Under the pieces are notes generated by a model. The model was not told the DNA's origin and did not search any database. It saw only the letters and a list, made by a program, of their open reading frames with translations. DNA of 64,000 bases, from positions 37,510,001 through 37,574,000 of the forward strand of contig OX597826.1 in assembly GCA_951406725.2 (NCBI GenBank), written 5' to 3'. The position numbers and the translations under genes are program-made. Source of the DNA: Octopus vulgaris. Lineage: Eukaryota. Of this stretch, positions 1-13,123 are shown one piece after another (position 1 is the stretch's first letter; each line of letters starts with the position of its first letter).

Positions 1-143
1 GTATCAACCCCAACTGTGTTTATGTACCCGAATACCTCAATATAGAGCCATTTACATTTCTCATATTGCCCCTTTCGATGGTGTGTCCTTTGCTCTGGAT
101 AAAGCAGTCGAAATTTAAGCTTACATTCATTTGAGCGCTACAC

Positions 144-148
<5 letters not shown>

Positions 149-202
<54 letters not shown>

Positions 203-377
203 ATCTATGTATGTATTTATGTGTATGCATGTATGTGTGTGTCTGTTTTTTATGTATGTATATATGCATGTATGTACGTACGTACGTATGTATGTACATA
301 TGTAATGTATAGTGTTGGAGGGACTCAGGTCAACTATAAATGAAAAATCTTATGGTTCAATTGCTTTGTAGCTGTGA

Positions 378-428
<51 letters not shown>
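149..428. repeat. Compound microsatellite (TA)n/(TG)n/(TATG)n plus (CT)n
   Basis: Read directly; explains ORF 131..343. Confidence 0.9.
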
Positions 429-2949
429 GTGTTATTGTTATAAGGACTTAAGATTTTAAATGTACAGTCTAATATTCATACACATATATGCATATATCAG
501 TACGTATAACTATAGGCTCATACACACACACACATACACATACACACAACAATAGGCTGGTGACTATTCAGTATTAAACGTTTAAAAATGAGCCTACTGG
601 TGCGTTTGGTGGCATACGTTACAAAATCCTGGGAAGCGGTTAAGCGAAACAAAATGTGAAAGGTGGAGTTATGGCGCTGTGCAACCTGTTTTGCATAAAT
701 ATTTCTCAGATTCTAAATGAATGAAACCAAACACTAGTATGCTCTTTTAGACGTTTAGACTGAATAGTAACCAATATATTGAGCGTAATTTCTCTTAAGT
801 TCACCGCAGGGTTTTAGTTTTAATTTTATCAATAATCTCTCTTATGTATATTGCTTATATTCTGAACCTAATTGCTTTCTTCAGAAATCCATGGCATTAG
901 AGACACATAATTTAGTCCTTTGTTTTATTTTTGATGAATGATGAATGCTGCTAATTCAACTTTATCATTTTTGCTACGTTATGTTAAAGAAGCGATGTAG
1001 TTGTTGTTTCTTTGAAAGCACACACATGCACTTCTTGGTGAATTATTTTGGTTCAGTGATAATATGAGTTCTGCAGTTTACATTTTAGCTGTAAATGACT
1101 GAACTTGTTTCTTTTATTCCATAATCTTTTCCCACAGAATCACTGCAAGTTTTAATCTGCAACTGAAACAGTACCAGTTTATCATATCATTGCCAAAGTT
1201 CTTCGATAGTTATTGTAACACCAGATTTATCACCGAGTGCAAGGTTCTTCTTAGCACTAACTAATGTCATAATGCTCTGTTTCCAATAAATGTCATGAAT
1301 TCAAAGGCTGCATCTCTCTTAACAGACAGTTCAATTAGGTCCAAAAACATAAAATCTCTTTAACCCTTTTATACTTCATATAGATTATTAGGGTGATCTT
1401 CGATATCAGACTCTTTGATTCAACAATGAGAACAGATATCCTGCCATTTATCTATTTTATATATTGGCAAATTTTCATATTAAAGGCTATGATTAATTAT
1501 TTCTGTAACACTAATACAGGGATGAAGTCCTGTTCTAACGCTAATAATCATAATTTTTCAAATTCAAGTAAGGCAAAATGATAACAGTATAGTCTGTCTT
1601 TCTGGACTAATTGATAGATAAGAAGTAAAGCATTCATCGTGGCGAAAATTCTTCTCACTCGTTCTATTTTCTAGTTTTATTTTCTCTAGTTCTATATTCA
1701 GTACTTGCATAGCCATTGTGGACTCCCGATATTGTTTCACCAACAGTTCTTCAGCGGTTGATAACATGTATATCGAACGCTTTCATGATAGAGCATTTCG
1801 TACACCTGGAAATCTTAAAATTCAGAATTTGGGATCACTTACGTTTTTCACGTAATTTATCCTTAAGTTTTTCTGCCACGAATTCTACTCGGGGATATGA
1901 TTCCGTTCTTTTCTTCCACAATATAGTCAATTCAAATATCTGAAGAGGACTAGCTTACATGTCTGTCTTCAAAACACTATAAAATTCTGAAATGGGTTTG
2001 ACCAGGAAAATTTGAAATGGGAGCGAGGTGGGGGAAATAGCTTCTGTCATTTCCTGATTATGAGTCTCAGTTGAACATTATTCTCGAAAACAACGATGAT
2101 TATGTTGAAGCAACAGCAACATTTACGAAGATACTTTACATGTGTATTAGGGAGTTGTCCACACACCATCGTGCTCCATAGATGAGTTTTATAAATTAAA
2201 CTGACATGGACCAAACGAGCAGAACCAGCAGCTGATCGAGTGAATGAAGATGAAAATATTTCATTATGATGCTTAGTAACTTCTTGGTTAATTTGCTCTA
2301 CTGACAAACCTAATTTGCATGCAACCATAGATATATTTTATTGTTAGTATCAATAACAGGAGATATGAGAGAATTTTCAAACGCTGAAATTTTAAGAATA
2401 AAACTGTAATAAATAAGATTTGATGATTTGGAAATATCCTCTAGATTTGAGAGATTCATTTTAAAATGTGTTTATCGATAAGTGATAAAGTCTGTCGCCC
2501 CGTAAAAATGCATTTTAAATATTAAACATTAAGGAAGCCTCATTTTTACATAAATTGCTTTCTTTTGTATACCAATACAAAAATTATATTTTAGACATGA
2601 CACTACGCTGTTTACAGGAGTGTCAAAAGTGTGTCCTGAGGAGAAAAAGGCATCCTTGAGTATAAATATATGCGTATTTTGTCCCTGAATTTATATGATA
2701 ATGTAGATTGTAGATAGCTAAATGTGTATGTATGTGTGTAAATGTATGCCTATAAGTATACGAATGTGCATGTACACAATGGCAGAATTGATAAGAAGAA
2801 AGCAACTGAAACGGTAGAATTCAGAACTCATTTCTTTGTAATATTCTGTTCCTTTTCTTTCATTTATTGTCGGAAATCTTTAATAAAGTATTGCTGAAAC
2901 TTATCAAAAATTTTGTCAGGAGATACAGAATCTGTACAGCGATGTAACA

Positions 2950-3850
2950 AATTGAATTACCTCGAAATAGAAATATATCTTCTTTTGAAATAAGCTAAAG
3001 TGATTATTTCATCTGAGTAACTGTTTTGTTGTGTTCATGAATGGAACTCAGATTGCTCCTATCACAATTCGTCTTTTTTACAAATTCATAAGTTTCTTGC
3101 TAACATCGCTACATTTGCAAATTCTTTATCTCATTTGGTTATCTTAAGTCAATATTCTACATAGCAAAGAATTGATATATTTCAGTTCGGTATGTCTGTT
3201 ATAGGTCAAAAGAAAACTTATGTAAGACATAGTAATCCAAAATATATTGGTCTTTTGTGAAAGTAAAATTCCATGTTTCTCCGCTATCAATTACATCTAG
3301 ATAGAATATTTTTATAATAACTAAGATATATTCACACGAAAGTATACTTGAAAACTTGTGCAATTTAAATGTTCCACTCCGCTTAGAATTTAAGTTTCTC
3401 TGAAGCACATAAATTTTTTTTTTCTTTTCGACTGAAAATGGTAAGTTAATGCACTACATATATTGCTGTATGTTTTCTCGTTACAACGCAGAGTAGAAAA
3501 TCTATTATGATAGTGATTAGCAAAGAACTTTACGTAAAAACCGGTTTCGTCGAGGAACCAGCACTGACATTATATAACCTACTATATTTAATAATACATA
3601 GATACTTCTTTTATATTTTCTGTATGAATATATATGCTTCTTGTCCTCGCCATTTCTCAAACTTCCAAATACGGTAGATTCCTTGCACCGTTTGTTTTTC
3701 ATATAATGAGACTGTGTCTACTCTATAGTAAAAGCTACTGTACTTTTTCAGTTTTTTTCCCAGTGTTACTGCCTTGCAATCGCGTATATTTACCTTAATT
3801 AATACAATGATAATTTCATGCAAAATCCAGTTTAATAACATAACGTCTGT
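2950..3850 (-). mobile_element. Highly decayed hAT (SPIN/GTF2IRD2/Charlie-like) transposase remnant
   Basis: Broken minus-strand frames give LKKYSSFYYRVD (cf. K.F..FS.A.DES), LRNGEDK (cf. TTGEDI), NLNSKRSGTFKLHKFSSIL (cf. VNFIRSRGLNHRQF..L) and FDL..TDI, in the expected order. Confidence 0.45.
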
Positions 3851-3934
3851 GATTAGTATGACACGCTAAATATTTTTTCTCCACTGGTAATGTCCACTCA
3901 CTTAGAAACAGAATCCACAGTATACACCAAACGA

Positions 3935-4108
3935 AAGGTTCTCAACAGTGAACTCCAAGGACGCACGTGTTACACAAGCATCCTTCTGACGGCCCACGAC
4001 AGTCTTCCCGCTGTAAATATTATAATTTAATTCTTTTAATTGGTGCAACCCACTAAAAGAATCATGCTTTCGATTTGGCCCGGATATTGAAATGGTTCAG
4101 AACCACTA
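3935..4108. mobile_element. Small hAT-Charlie-type MITE remnant
   Basis: Imperfect TIRs GGTTCTCAAC ... GGTTCAGAACCACT, resembling CAGTGGTTCTCAAC Charlie ends, about 170 bp apart. Confidence 0.4.
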
Positions 4109-6059
4109 CTGTTATACTGTAGAAATTACAAACATTTTCCACAAATATTTGTCGCAGTATTTTGGGCTGGAAATATTTGTAGCAAAACTATGACTTATTG
4201 TGTTGTTAGAAGTGATTTCAAAGTTTAACTCTACGTATCAATAAATATGTTTGACTGATCGCCAATTAAACATTGTCTTTAAATTAAAAAGAAACCGTAT
4301 TTCGTGTTGGTGTTGCTTTTTAAGTCCGTGTTTATTATGATTTTACTTATTTTGGGGGTTCTGTTAATAGACTTTTCGTCATGTTTAGACATACACATCA
4401 ATTGTTTAAGTCCATCGAATTGGCCAACAATATTTTTCCAGTTTTGTCTATCTATATATTACTGATATAGATATTTATGATCATTTTTAAAAATAAGACT
4501 ACTATGTACAAATAAACATAAGCCCGGATAGTTACATACATAAAGACAAACATAGATATTACACACACAAATACACATAAACCCATAGATGTTTGTGAAG
4601 ACCAATTTGCTATCACAGTGCATTGGTTAGCTCCAAACTACAGTAGGTGACACGTGCTCAAGTTACGACATAATGGAATTCAAACCCAGTGCTCATCCAA
4701 TCAAATGTGCCTTCCTTATCAGAGAAACGGAGGTTGCAGTGTCACCTTTATTGTAGTGTACCTCTCATAAAATACTCCGCTGTTGATGTCTCAAGGCAAG
4801 ATCCGCCACCCCCAAATAGTAACTACGTGAATCATCATAATGCTGAGTGGTTTTCAGTCACCGAGTATTTCCAATTCTCCGTACACTAATTATTTCAATT
4901 TAGCATCATTAGCAACATCATCAACGAAACAATTCATCACAATAATTAATGCGTTGATCGAAACTTTTAATAGTTTTTGTAGAATATATTTCATTATTTT
5001 CCCTTTTGTGATTTTGAAAATTAGAATGATGAGTATGGGTAGAATCTTTGAAACGCCAACTGGAATTTTCTTCTGCATTTGCTCCAACTCTCCCTGCTCC
5101 TCGTTCAAATGTGAACACAGTGAACTTTGCTTTCACATTCTCACGTCTATAAATAAGGTACCAAATTTAGTTTTCTTAACATTGTATGTGTCTCTCTTTT
5201 AGTTTCCTTTCCTAAGATCCCATATTTTAAGTAAGATGTTTAAATACATTCGGACGAATTTTCCCCCATAAACTAAGCGTTGACTGAAAACCGACGCTAT
5301 TCATATACACATGTAATGGATGGGCAGTTATAAAATGTGTAAAACATATTTTTGTAAAACTCTTTTGCCAAGATTTTTGGAAAAGGAAACAAACTATATA
5401 TACATTCATAACATATATGGTATATAAATTCCAAAACTGGAGTAAACAAAAAATAATTTTATTTACGCAAAGAAAGAAACTAAATTTATTTCCAAAAGTA
5501 ATCTTTATTTATTGCATATATATTACATCTTATTTCACAACGATGATCTGGAAGAGAAGTGTACTCTGGGAAACAGAAAAACTATACCTTGAGTATTGCT
5601 GTCATTCATATAAAATTGTTTTTAACCCTCTATCACAAATATTTGACAAACATTGGCAAATAATTATCAATTCTCAGTCAACAGTTTTGTTTTCTTCTCA
5701 GCTATCAATTCAAAAGGAAGTTTACAAAAGGAAGAATAAATCTACAGAAATATAAACAAAACAAACAACAAGCCATACAGAAGTAACATTAAGGTAAGGA
5801 AAGAAAATTTAGGAAAAGTTTCAAGATAGTATAATTAAAGTTGATATAAATTAATTTTCGCTAACTGTCACGCTGTAATCAGATGGAAACTCTATGAGGA
5901 ATTTAGCTCTTAATACGGTTAAAAAATGTCCCTGACTGAAGTATTTCGATGTTATATAAAGTATTTAATTTCAAGCAGCTTTTTGGTGTATTTACATCAA
6001 CGCCATCGTCATCGACACAAACAGGTCTGAAACTAGCAACATCACTACTAATATGAGTA

Positions 6060-6145
6060 GCATCATCATCCTCATATTTATTCATTTCTTCACAATGCTT
6101 ATCTTCGTGATCATCATCATCATCATCTTCATCATCATCATCATC

Positions 6146-6180
<35 letters not shown>

Positions 6181-6303
6181 TGTCTTCGTCATCATCATCA
6201 TCATTATCGTCTTCATCGTCATCATTATCATCACCATCATCAGCAGCAGTAGCAGCAGCATCATTACTGCAAACACCATCGTCAATAACATTGTCGTCAT
6301 CAT
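6060..6303. repeat. (CAT)n/(CAG)n trinucleotide microsatellite
   Basis: Read directly. Confidence 0.95.
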
Positions 6304-7989
6304 CGGTTTAGATTCAATATCAGCCGCTGAATTATAATTTTCTTTGGCGGATTCCGCTCTGTTTCTAGCTTTTAGGACAGGTTTCTAGCCAGCACATAAC
6401 TTATTTTACATCTAATTCCAACTTCATTTATTATCTCCGTTAGATACGGAGAGTACGACAGTGTTTCTCATTCTCTCTCTCACTGTCTTTCTCTTCCCCC
6501 TCCCTTCTTTTGGCGGAGGCTTTAATATACAAAGACACAAGTATTAGAAAATAATTAGTCTTCACTCGAGCTACGTAAGGTTTTCCTTGTGACTAATAAG
6601 TGCTAAAACATTAAATATTGTTGAATAGAACCTGTGACAAGAGTACGGAATTCCGGGTATACAAACCTTCATGTGACGCTGTATTATCCATTAAATATTG
6701 TTTTATTTATATCCACCTTAACCATTTATTTTTTATTCTTCTTGTTTAAGATATATGGTTTACAATAGAGAGACACTATGTATTGAATCAATATCTATAT
6801 GTTAGACTTTCAGCTCTGGTCGGAAGAAATACAAATAAAGCAAACATGTGTTGAGCTACGAATGTCGAAAAATAAAATTTACGCTTTCTATCCTAATATT
6901 TCTGCTGGTTCAGGATCTATATCACGAAATATATGTTTTTTCATTACTCATGTGAATTATATCTTGTATTATAAGTAAATACATTTTACTTTCCCATTCG
7001 CATTTGCTACAAAACCCATCCAGCACTTAGGTATTGTTTACTAGACTGCGGGTAAACAAAATTACCTACATGCCTCTTAAATCTGTTTTATTTGAAAATA
7101 CTCTCTTTCTGCATATTTGTCGTCTACAATTCAGACCAACATACATATACTGTCTTCCGTTTGCTCTTCAACTATTCCGTGTTTCACTCCGAGACACCGC
7201 GTTTAAAACGGTTTTACACCTATTATATCTTGAAGACGGCATCTGTCTGGCAACTGGGATGGGACTATAAACACTCGTCTAAAATCCCATATTCTATCAG
7301 TTTATTGATGGCTACGAAATATTGGTGGTAGGTATGGGGAGTGGATTTGTAGATCACAACAATAATTGAGGAGGGTGGAAAGGAATCCACAAGGAAGCTA
7401 CTCATTGATATGATGTAGGATATAAATGTTTTGCTGAGAGCTATATGCATGACACTCACTATGCATCACAGAAGGAGAATGGAAATCTATTCGAGAAGGA
7501 ATTCTTATTTAACTAATTCAGAATTACAGAGTAGTTTGTTATCCAGTTATACATACGAGCGCACGTATGTACACACACGCTTGTGTATTTGTTTTGCAAG
7601 ATTTTTGATGTGAAACCGTGTATTGAAAGACGTAGTCTTATATTGGAGGATGGTCGTTTTTCTAATAAACACGCGCACTATTTTCACAAGCGCAGTGGGG
7701 AGGAGAGACACAGAGAAAAGCAGATAGTCAATGAAAAGGTCACAGAATGCATGACTGAGAACCTCTGACAAATAAATTGATAACAATGATAACGTGTAGA
7801 TCAAATAAATAGTGTTTGTGTTTGGTGGCCAAACGACTGTCCTCAAACGTAACAATGTATATATGCATACCTTATATATTTATGTCATAGTGAATATATA
7901 AACATACAAACGATTATATATATGAGTGTATTTTATATTTATGCGTGTGTGTGTGTGTGTGAACATAATATGGATACTCTGCACAACAA

Positions 7990-8300
7990 GCGATCGTGTG
8001 CAGGTGACGGTTTTATGCTGGAGATTCTATAATTGCCAAAGAGACGCTAAATAACTTGCTTTTAAATAGGATCTACCATACATCTGTTTAGCATCAACAC
8101 GTTCTCTTAGATATGTATATTATATTAAAATGAGTTGAAATTTCTAGTGTTTCATCAACAGATTAAACTTGACATATTTCCTGTCTCCCAACTGTCATTC
8201 TACTAAATCAAAATGCTGCTTTAGCAAAGTTAATTAGCAATAACGTCAGATGCTGTGAAGTTGGCGTTTATACTGTTCGAGGCTGGTACTTATATATTTT
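7990..8300 (-). mobile_element. Possible decayed hAT/CGGBP1-like transposase fragment
   Basis: Minus strand LGDRKYV../SVDETLEIST resembles the IGD..IW.SVDETTD catalytic motif; frameshifted. Confidence 0.3.
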
Positions 8301-8934
8301 AAAGACAGTTTTGCCTCAATATTTCCTTCATACAAATCTGATCTTTTTTTCTCTTAACAATATTTGTTATACCACATGGAAATATATTTCTCTGCTCTTG
8401 ATTTTATGATAGGTTCCCTTCAAATGACGAAATCTATATTGTATATATCTTAGGTAAACTTGGCGATGTTTATGCCCCTTATCCATAGACCGTTGAACAG
8501 ACGTGAATATTTATGGCAAAATGGTCTCGCTTCCAGCCACCCCAAAGCCAGGTTTTGTTTCTAAACTAATACCATCCAAGAATAGAACTGCTCCCTCATG
8601 CGGAGAGCCACATGATTAGCGTATAACAAATTTCACTCACATGAATTCTAATAGAACCCGAGCTTCTATTAGATGTCACGAGCCACATTGAGAGATTAAA
8701 CTCTAAGCCATGTACTTTCCAAATGCATGTGTGCGATACACTATTACTGATATATGTGTGTGTATGTGTGCATGGGTGCACACATGAATGAGTGTGTCTT
8801 TACATTATAATTTATGTATTCACATGTCCATATAAATTATATTGCGTGTTTTTGATATGTGAGTTTGAATTTTCTACACTCATTTACTATAACATTCGTC
8901 TCAGACCCACATAGTCATCTTTTGTCTTTAAACT

Positions 8935-9245
8935 TTTAATCGTTTCACTCAACGGACTGCATCTATGCTGGGCTACCCACTTCAGGAGTTTTTGTCGAAC
9001 GAATCATTACTTACTCAATCGGTCTCTTGGCCGAACCACTAAGTTACGGGGAGAAGCATAAACTGAGACGCATACGCATAAGTATGTGTATACGCACACA
9101 GACACACTCATAAAAACATACATATATAGATATATAAATACACACACAGACACACACACATACACACACGTACATATATATATATATATATACATGCATA
9201 TAAGACGACATTCCTTCCGTTTCTGTCTAACGAATCCACTTGCAA
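8935..9245 (-). mobile_element. SINE family A (tRNA/CORE-type with internal microsatellite), partial
   Basis: Similar to the reverse complement of 22471-22830 (GGTCTC..GCCGAAC.CTAAGTTACGGGGA, TTTC.GTCTA.C.AATCCACT). Confidence 0.75.
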
Positions 9246-9384
9246 AAACCTCTATACCCATCTTAACTGTATTTTTTTCATGCGCACTACCTCTGTGGGT
9301 TTTCTCTATAACATTCAGCTCAACATACTTCTTATACACATGTTCTACACATGACTGCATTTGAATAACGCCTGTATGCAGAAA

Positions 9385-9650
9385 AGTAAGCCCAGCTGAG
9401 CGAATGATGCTATCATCAGCATAGGTGAATAAGTTCTTAAGAATGAAAATATGGAGATCGTTAATGTACTGAAGAAACAGTGAGAGACACATAGCTAAAT
9501 CTTACAGCGTACCAGAGTTCTTGGAGTGATTATCAGAAAGCAGCACATCAAATGTCATTATACCACGATAATCGGACGTCAAAACACTGAACCAAGTATG
9601 TTGGTGAGGATTGTAAATGTACACCAGAGAATATTTCATTAAGGGATCGT
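9385..9650 (-). mobile_element. Non-LTR retrotransposon RT fragment (Jockey/CR1/L2-like)
   Basis: NSGTL*DLAMCLSLFLQYINDL...LFTYADDS matches GVPQGS.LSP.LF..INDL...YADD. Confidence 0.8.
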
Positions 9651-10243
9651 AAGTTTAAGGTTTAATAGAAGTGTGTGACAGGTAGCGGTTGTAATGGTAC
9701 AAATTTCTAGATGCTGTGTGCTTGTCTTTCTCTAAACAGGAAAATTTGATTTGCATATGTAACGATGTTTACACCAATGTTAGATTCAATACACATTGAT
9801 ACATTAAACAACTTGTTAAGCATAATATAAATGCATGAAAGCGAATACTCAATTGAATAAATGCATGTTTTAGCAAAATACCGAGCTTCGAACAGGGATA
9901 AATAAGAAATGGACTTATACCCAAATAGCACAATGCTTTTGCAAAACAGTCAAGTGAAGTTTGTGTTACTAGTAACTTTAAATGCAAGATATGAGGACAG
10001 AAAAAGCAAGATGTCAGGTGTCTGATGTATTGCAATTAGACAGGCACCAAGCGATATTGTTTTTAAATTTCTACCACGAAGTATAATACATTATTCCAGT
10101 GTGTTCCAGGGAAAAAAGCAACGCCAGCAAAATATTAAGCAAATGACATTGAGTAAACTCATTGTAAAATTCTAGTTTATTTGTGAAACGAAATACAATG
10201 GAAACGTATAAAAGTTATCCAAAATCAGTCTGTATTTTATGCA

Positions 10244-10346
10244 TATATATATATATATATATGGGTATATGTATATGTGAGTGTCACACACAGACACTCA
10301 CACACACACACACTCACACACACACACACACACACGTACACACACG

Positions 10347-10397
<51 letters not shown>
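10244..10397. repeat. (TA)n/(CA)n microsatellite
   Basis: Read directly. Confidence 0.9.
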
Positions 10398-10399
<2 letters not shown>

Positions 10400-10884
10400 A
10401 TACATTTGTAGCAAAACCTGTACTTATGTTTGCAACAGAACGTACATATGCACATGTGTAATATATAAAACTATTAAATGTTTATTTGTTATTGGTAGTC
10501 AAGTTGGAAGCCGTATGTTAATCTCCATTTCAGAAGCTTCGGGCTGAACGCGGAATTCACAACATATTTACGCCATCAATTCCCAGCAAAACACAAATAT
10601 TACATTTCAAGCCAAATTGCTCTTAGGCGGAGACAATTTGCATGTAGGAAAGGGAATTAGGAATTACAGAATTCATTGTTATTGTCAGACTTCCTGTTTC
10701 GTACTTTAAAGTTCTTGGGACAAACTAACAGAACACTTTTTTTTCTTTTTGCATTTGCCTAGAACTATGAATAGAAAGGAACAGAGATAAAGTTGTAGCG
10801 TAAACATGACGTGAACCATGAGACTGCATAAATATGTGCATATGAGTGTGTACGCATGTATATATACAAATAGGCTTATAAATA

Positions 10885-10887
10885 ATG

Positions 10888-10923
<36 letters not shown>

Positions 10924-10963
10924 GTAGTAGTAGTAGTACTAGTAGTAGTACTAGTAGCAGTAC

Positions 10964-11040
<77 letters not shown>
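10885..11040. repeat. (AAT)n then (TAG)n microsatellite
   Basis: Read directly. Confidence 0.95.
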
Positions 11041-11044
11041 ACAA

Positions 11045-11680
11045 CAAAAATACAGGGCGCTGAAAAGGAAGTATAATATTGATAGAAATTACCTGACAGT
11101 GGTAATGGAGGAACTGAAGCAGCGGCTCGTTGCAAAGAAAGCAAAGATGGTAAGATACAACCAAAGAATGAAGGGTTACCACCAGAATAGGTTATACAGA
11201 AAAGATCAGAAGAGATTCTATAAAGAAATAAATGGAGATGAAAAGTTGATGCCAGATAACAATGAAAGTCAAAGGTTTTGGAGTGACATCTGGAGCAAAG
11301 ACAAGTTGCACAAAAAGAATTCTAAATGGCTGCAAGAAATGAAACAAACAGTAGTCTGCCCCAAACAGGCAGAACTAGTCATTTCAGATAGGGAAGTGAA
11401 GAAAATCAGCAAAAAAATGAGCAACCAGACGGCCCTGGGCCAAGATAGAGTTCAAAGTTATTGGATCAAAATATTTTGTGAATGTCATGCTTGAATAACA
11501 GCGCAACTCAACACTTTGCTAAATGCCGACCAAGCAACATCAGAGTGCTTGACATTGGGTAGGTCAGTGCTGTGCATGAAAAGCATCGAAAAAGGCAATA
11601 CGGTTAGACAATTACAGACCGATCTCCTGTTTGCCACTTTTGTGGAAGTTATTGACTGGAATACTCGCAGAGTCGATAAA
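11045..11680 (+). mobile_element. R4/Dong-clade LINE fragment (pre-RT region and start of RT), pseudogenised
   Basis: [85 protein letters not shown]; stop at 11492 and a frameshift near 11605. Confidence 0.9.
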
Positions 11681-11684
11681 ATGA

Positions 11685-12389
11685 AATTATCATCATTATT
11701 ATTATTATTATTATTATTATTAATATTAATATTATCATTAATATTATTCAGGTCACTGCCTAGTATTGAACTCGGAATCTTGGGGTTAGTAGCCTGCGCT
11801 CTTAACTACTACGCCATATGCCTGTGGGCATTTATGGAGTGAATTTTAGGGCTTATACATTTAATATTCTCCTATCCTTCCTTAATACCGGTTCCCATAT
11901 GCTTCTCATATCTGCACTCGGTCTGCTTAGGAGGTTGTTGTGTCCTAGCGTATGCGCTGCTTCTTTTAGTTCTCGTATTTTCCAGTGGTGTTCTCTGTCT
12001 AGTACTTTAACTTCATCCCACAGAGGGAGGTGATCTCCACATTTCCATCCATGATCAGCTATATCCGATTTATCAGTCTCCCCGATGTTCCTCTAACCTT
12101 ATTTTGAGGGGGCGGCATGTTTCGCTTTTGTATAAGGTACCACGGCTGCATGGGATTGAGTACATGCAATTCTTGGTCATATTCTCTTCTATTTGAGGTT
12201 TTATTCGAAGGAGATATTTGCGAAGTGTTGTATTACTTTTGAATGCTGTCCTGATGTCATATGGGCCGCATATCTTTTGTATCTTTTCGGAGAGGCTTTT
12301 CACATAGGGTAGACAGACTGTTTGTCGGTTTCATCTGTCTTTTATTCCCAACTGGAGTGGAGAGTATGCTTTTTTGGGTAGTTGTTGCA

Positions 12390-12392
<3 letters not shown>
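11685..12392 (-). mobile_element. Penelope-like element 3' part: GIY-YIG endonuclease (Poseidon-like) plus 3' pLTR region
   Basis: NNYP..VCLPYVKSLSEKIQKIC..KNCMYSIPCSRGTLYKSETCRPLKIRLEEH..ADHGWK..PLWDEVKVLDREHHWKIRELKEAAH; stop near 11853. Confidence 0.9.
11751..11823 (-). pseudogene. tRNA-like cassette (A box, B box, anticodon loop CT-ACT-AA) inside the Penelope 3' end
   Basis: Minus strand GGCATATGGCGTAGTAGTTAAGAGCGCAGGCTACTAACCCCAAGATTCCGAGTTCAATACTAGGCAGTGACC; acceptor and anticodon stems imperfect. Confidence 0.7.
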
Positions 12393-12689
<297 letters not shown>

Positions 12690-12699
12690 CCTCGAATGT

Positions 12700-13004
12700 C
12701 GAGGAAAACTTTCAAAATTCGAAGATCCGGAAACAGAAGCAAATTGAATGTGGCGTCTAAAAACAGAAACAATTCCTATCGTAGTACGCGCATTAGGTAT
12801 GATAATAAAATATTCTGGCAAATACATAACAAAAACACCAGGACTAACAAGTATTTTTAATATACAGAAAATAGATCTACTAGGTACCGCACACATCCTA
12901 CATAAAACACTTTCAATACAGTAAAAATAAGAGCATCACAACAAACCAGAGCACATACTCAAGGCACACAGAGTAGCGCTCGGTAGTGCAGTGAAAGCAC
13001 ATGA

Positions 13005-13005
<1 letters not shown>
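12700..13005 (+). mobile_element. R4/Dong LINE 3' end (RLE endonuclease C-terminus plus 3' UTR), 5'-truncated
   Basis: KLSKFEDPETEAN*MWRLKTETIPIVVRALGMIIKYSGKYITKTPGLTSIFNIQKIDLLGTAHILHKTLSIQ*. Confidence 0.9.
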
Positions 13006-13035
<30 letters not shown>

Positions 13036-13070
13036 AAGAAGAAGAAGAAGAAGAAGAAGAAGAAGAAGAA

Positions 13071-13102
<32 letters not shown>

Positions 13103-13123
13103 AGAAGAAGAGGAAGAAGAAGA
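13006..13123. repeat. (AAG)n microsatellite
   Basis: Read directly. Confidence 0.97.

Noticed and set aside
1564-1870. BEL/Pao gag (DUF1759)-like peptide TAEELLVKQYRESTMAMQVLNIELEKI
   Set aside because: Only loose resemblance, frameshifted, and no LTR or pol nearby
4270-4450. Possible BED-finger N-terminus of the hAT remnant
   Set aside because: Too degenerate; the Cys/His pattern is not recoverable
4800-5200. Tc1/mariner-like fragment (HYDDSRSYYLG)
   Set aside because: Single weak motif, no TIRs or DDE continuation
11751-11823. Functional tRNA-Ser(ACT) gene
   Set aside because: Acceptor and anticodon stems mispair, there is no long variable arm, and it sits inside a retroelement
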